From: Octopus sinensis
Lineage: Eukaryota
DNA: 64,000 nt
Reading direction: 5' to 3'
Assembly (NCBI RefSeq): GCF_006345805.1
Contig: NW_021832859.1
Coordinates: 1-64,000, forward strand
Part shown: positions 63,171 to 64,000 of the stretch, piece by piece
How the letters are laid out: each line of letters begins with the position of its first letter
How positions within the stretch are numbered: position 1 is the stretch's first letter
Made by a program: the position numbers and the translations under genes
Notes under the pieces: model-generated
What the model was told of the DNA's origin: nothing
What the model saw: the letters and a program-made list of their open reading frames with translations, nothing else
Database searches by the model: none

Positions 63171-64000
63171 AAAATAGTGGTAATGTATAGTTATTTCTTT
63201 ATGAGAGAAATCTCAAAATTATGTGTTTCGAATTATATTTCCACACGAAACTCTCATTCGAAATTCCTCAGATATTTTCACAAGGGTATATTTGTAAACG
63301 CAATATATATTTCGCTATCACCGATTGGAAAACACATGTGAACGTATCTAATAAAGCAAAAAAAAAAAAAAAACGTTGATAGAAGCAGTTGAATAAAGCA
63401 CAAAGCTATTGTTGGAATGAAGTTGCCGTTAATAACCTGAAAAATAGTTAATAGCCATGTGAATAGTTGCGAAATTAAAATTCTAATAGAATCGTTCGAG
63501 AATCTTGCACAAAAGGGTGAAAATGATCTCTCTTATTACATTATGATGCTTAACGAACTAAAACTGGATTCAAAATTCGCTCATTCACCTCAGCATTCTA
63601 TACAGCTTTTCACTGATTTGCATTATAATTGTTCAGCACGAATTTGCTGATTTAGATTATTCTACTTTTTTAATATTAACTAATTAGCAACTGCTTTTGA
63701 TGCGGTTTTTAACGCAATTGTTTCTATGGCCTTTTATTATGCCGAGGCTTCCAGAAGAAAATGTTTCTTTTTTGTTTTAGTTGTGACATCTAATATTTCT
63801 TTTCATAATTGAGTCAGATAGGAACGGTGTTACTCCAGACCGTTTGTGTGGAATTTGAGACCGGTGAGAGAAAAGGAAGAAGTTATTCTCATGCCCAAAA
63901 TCTGGTATGAATTTTTGCATTAGAGTGGCCTCTGCTAACGGCATCAAAACATAAACTACAGTTCAGCCTGTGCTCATCCCTGGTCGATTGGTTCTATGAT

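Overview
AT-rich, repeat-saturated non-genic (intergenic or intronic) animal DNA, almost certainly an octopus. The evidence is an in-frame cephalopod-type mitochondrial nad1 insert and tRNA-derived SINE families of the kind known from Octopus. I cannot support any intact nuclear protein-coding gene; nearly all listed ORFs are microsatellite translations. Recognisable contents: about 25 SINE copies from four head types, a decayed ~1.28-kb mariner, two RTE-clade LINE fragments, a probable Dong/R4-like LINE 3' end in a (TAA)n tract, four non-autonomous Helitron-like elements, a hAT-like MITE carrying TTAGGG repeats, a 484-bp nad1 NUMT and many micro/minisatellites. The most interesting signal is a dense set of hammerhead-ribozyme (HHR) motifs in short dispersed, often fold-back repeats resembling Penelope-like-element pseudo-LTRs. 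They include several complete type I HHRs with palindromic stem III and a family with a U3-A8 compensatory core. A three-copy family has the hammerhead strands in a non-circularly permuted (pseudoknotted) order, with compensatory changes in stems I and III. All ribozyme calls come from manual base-pairing and are untested.
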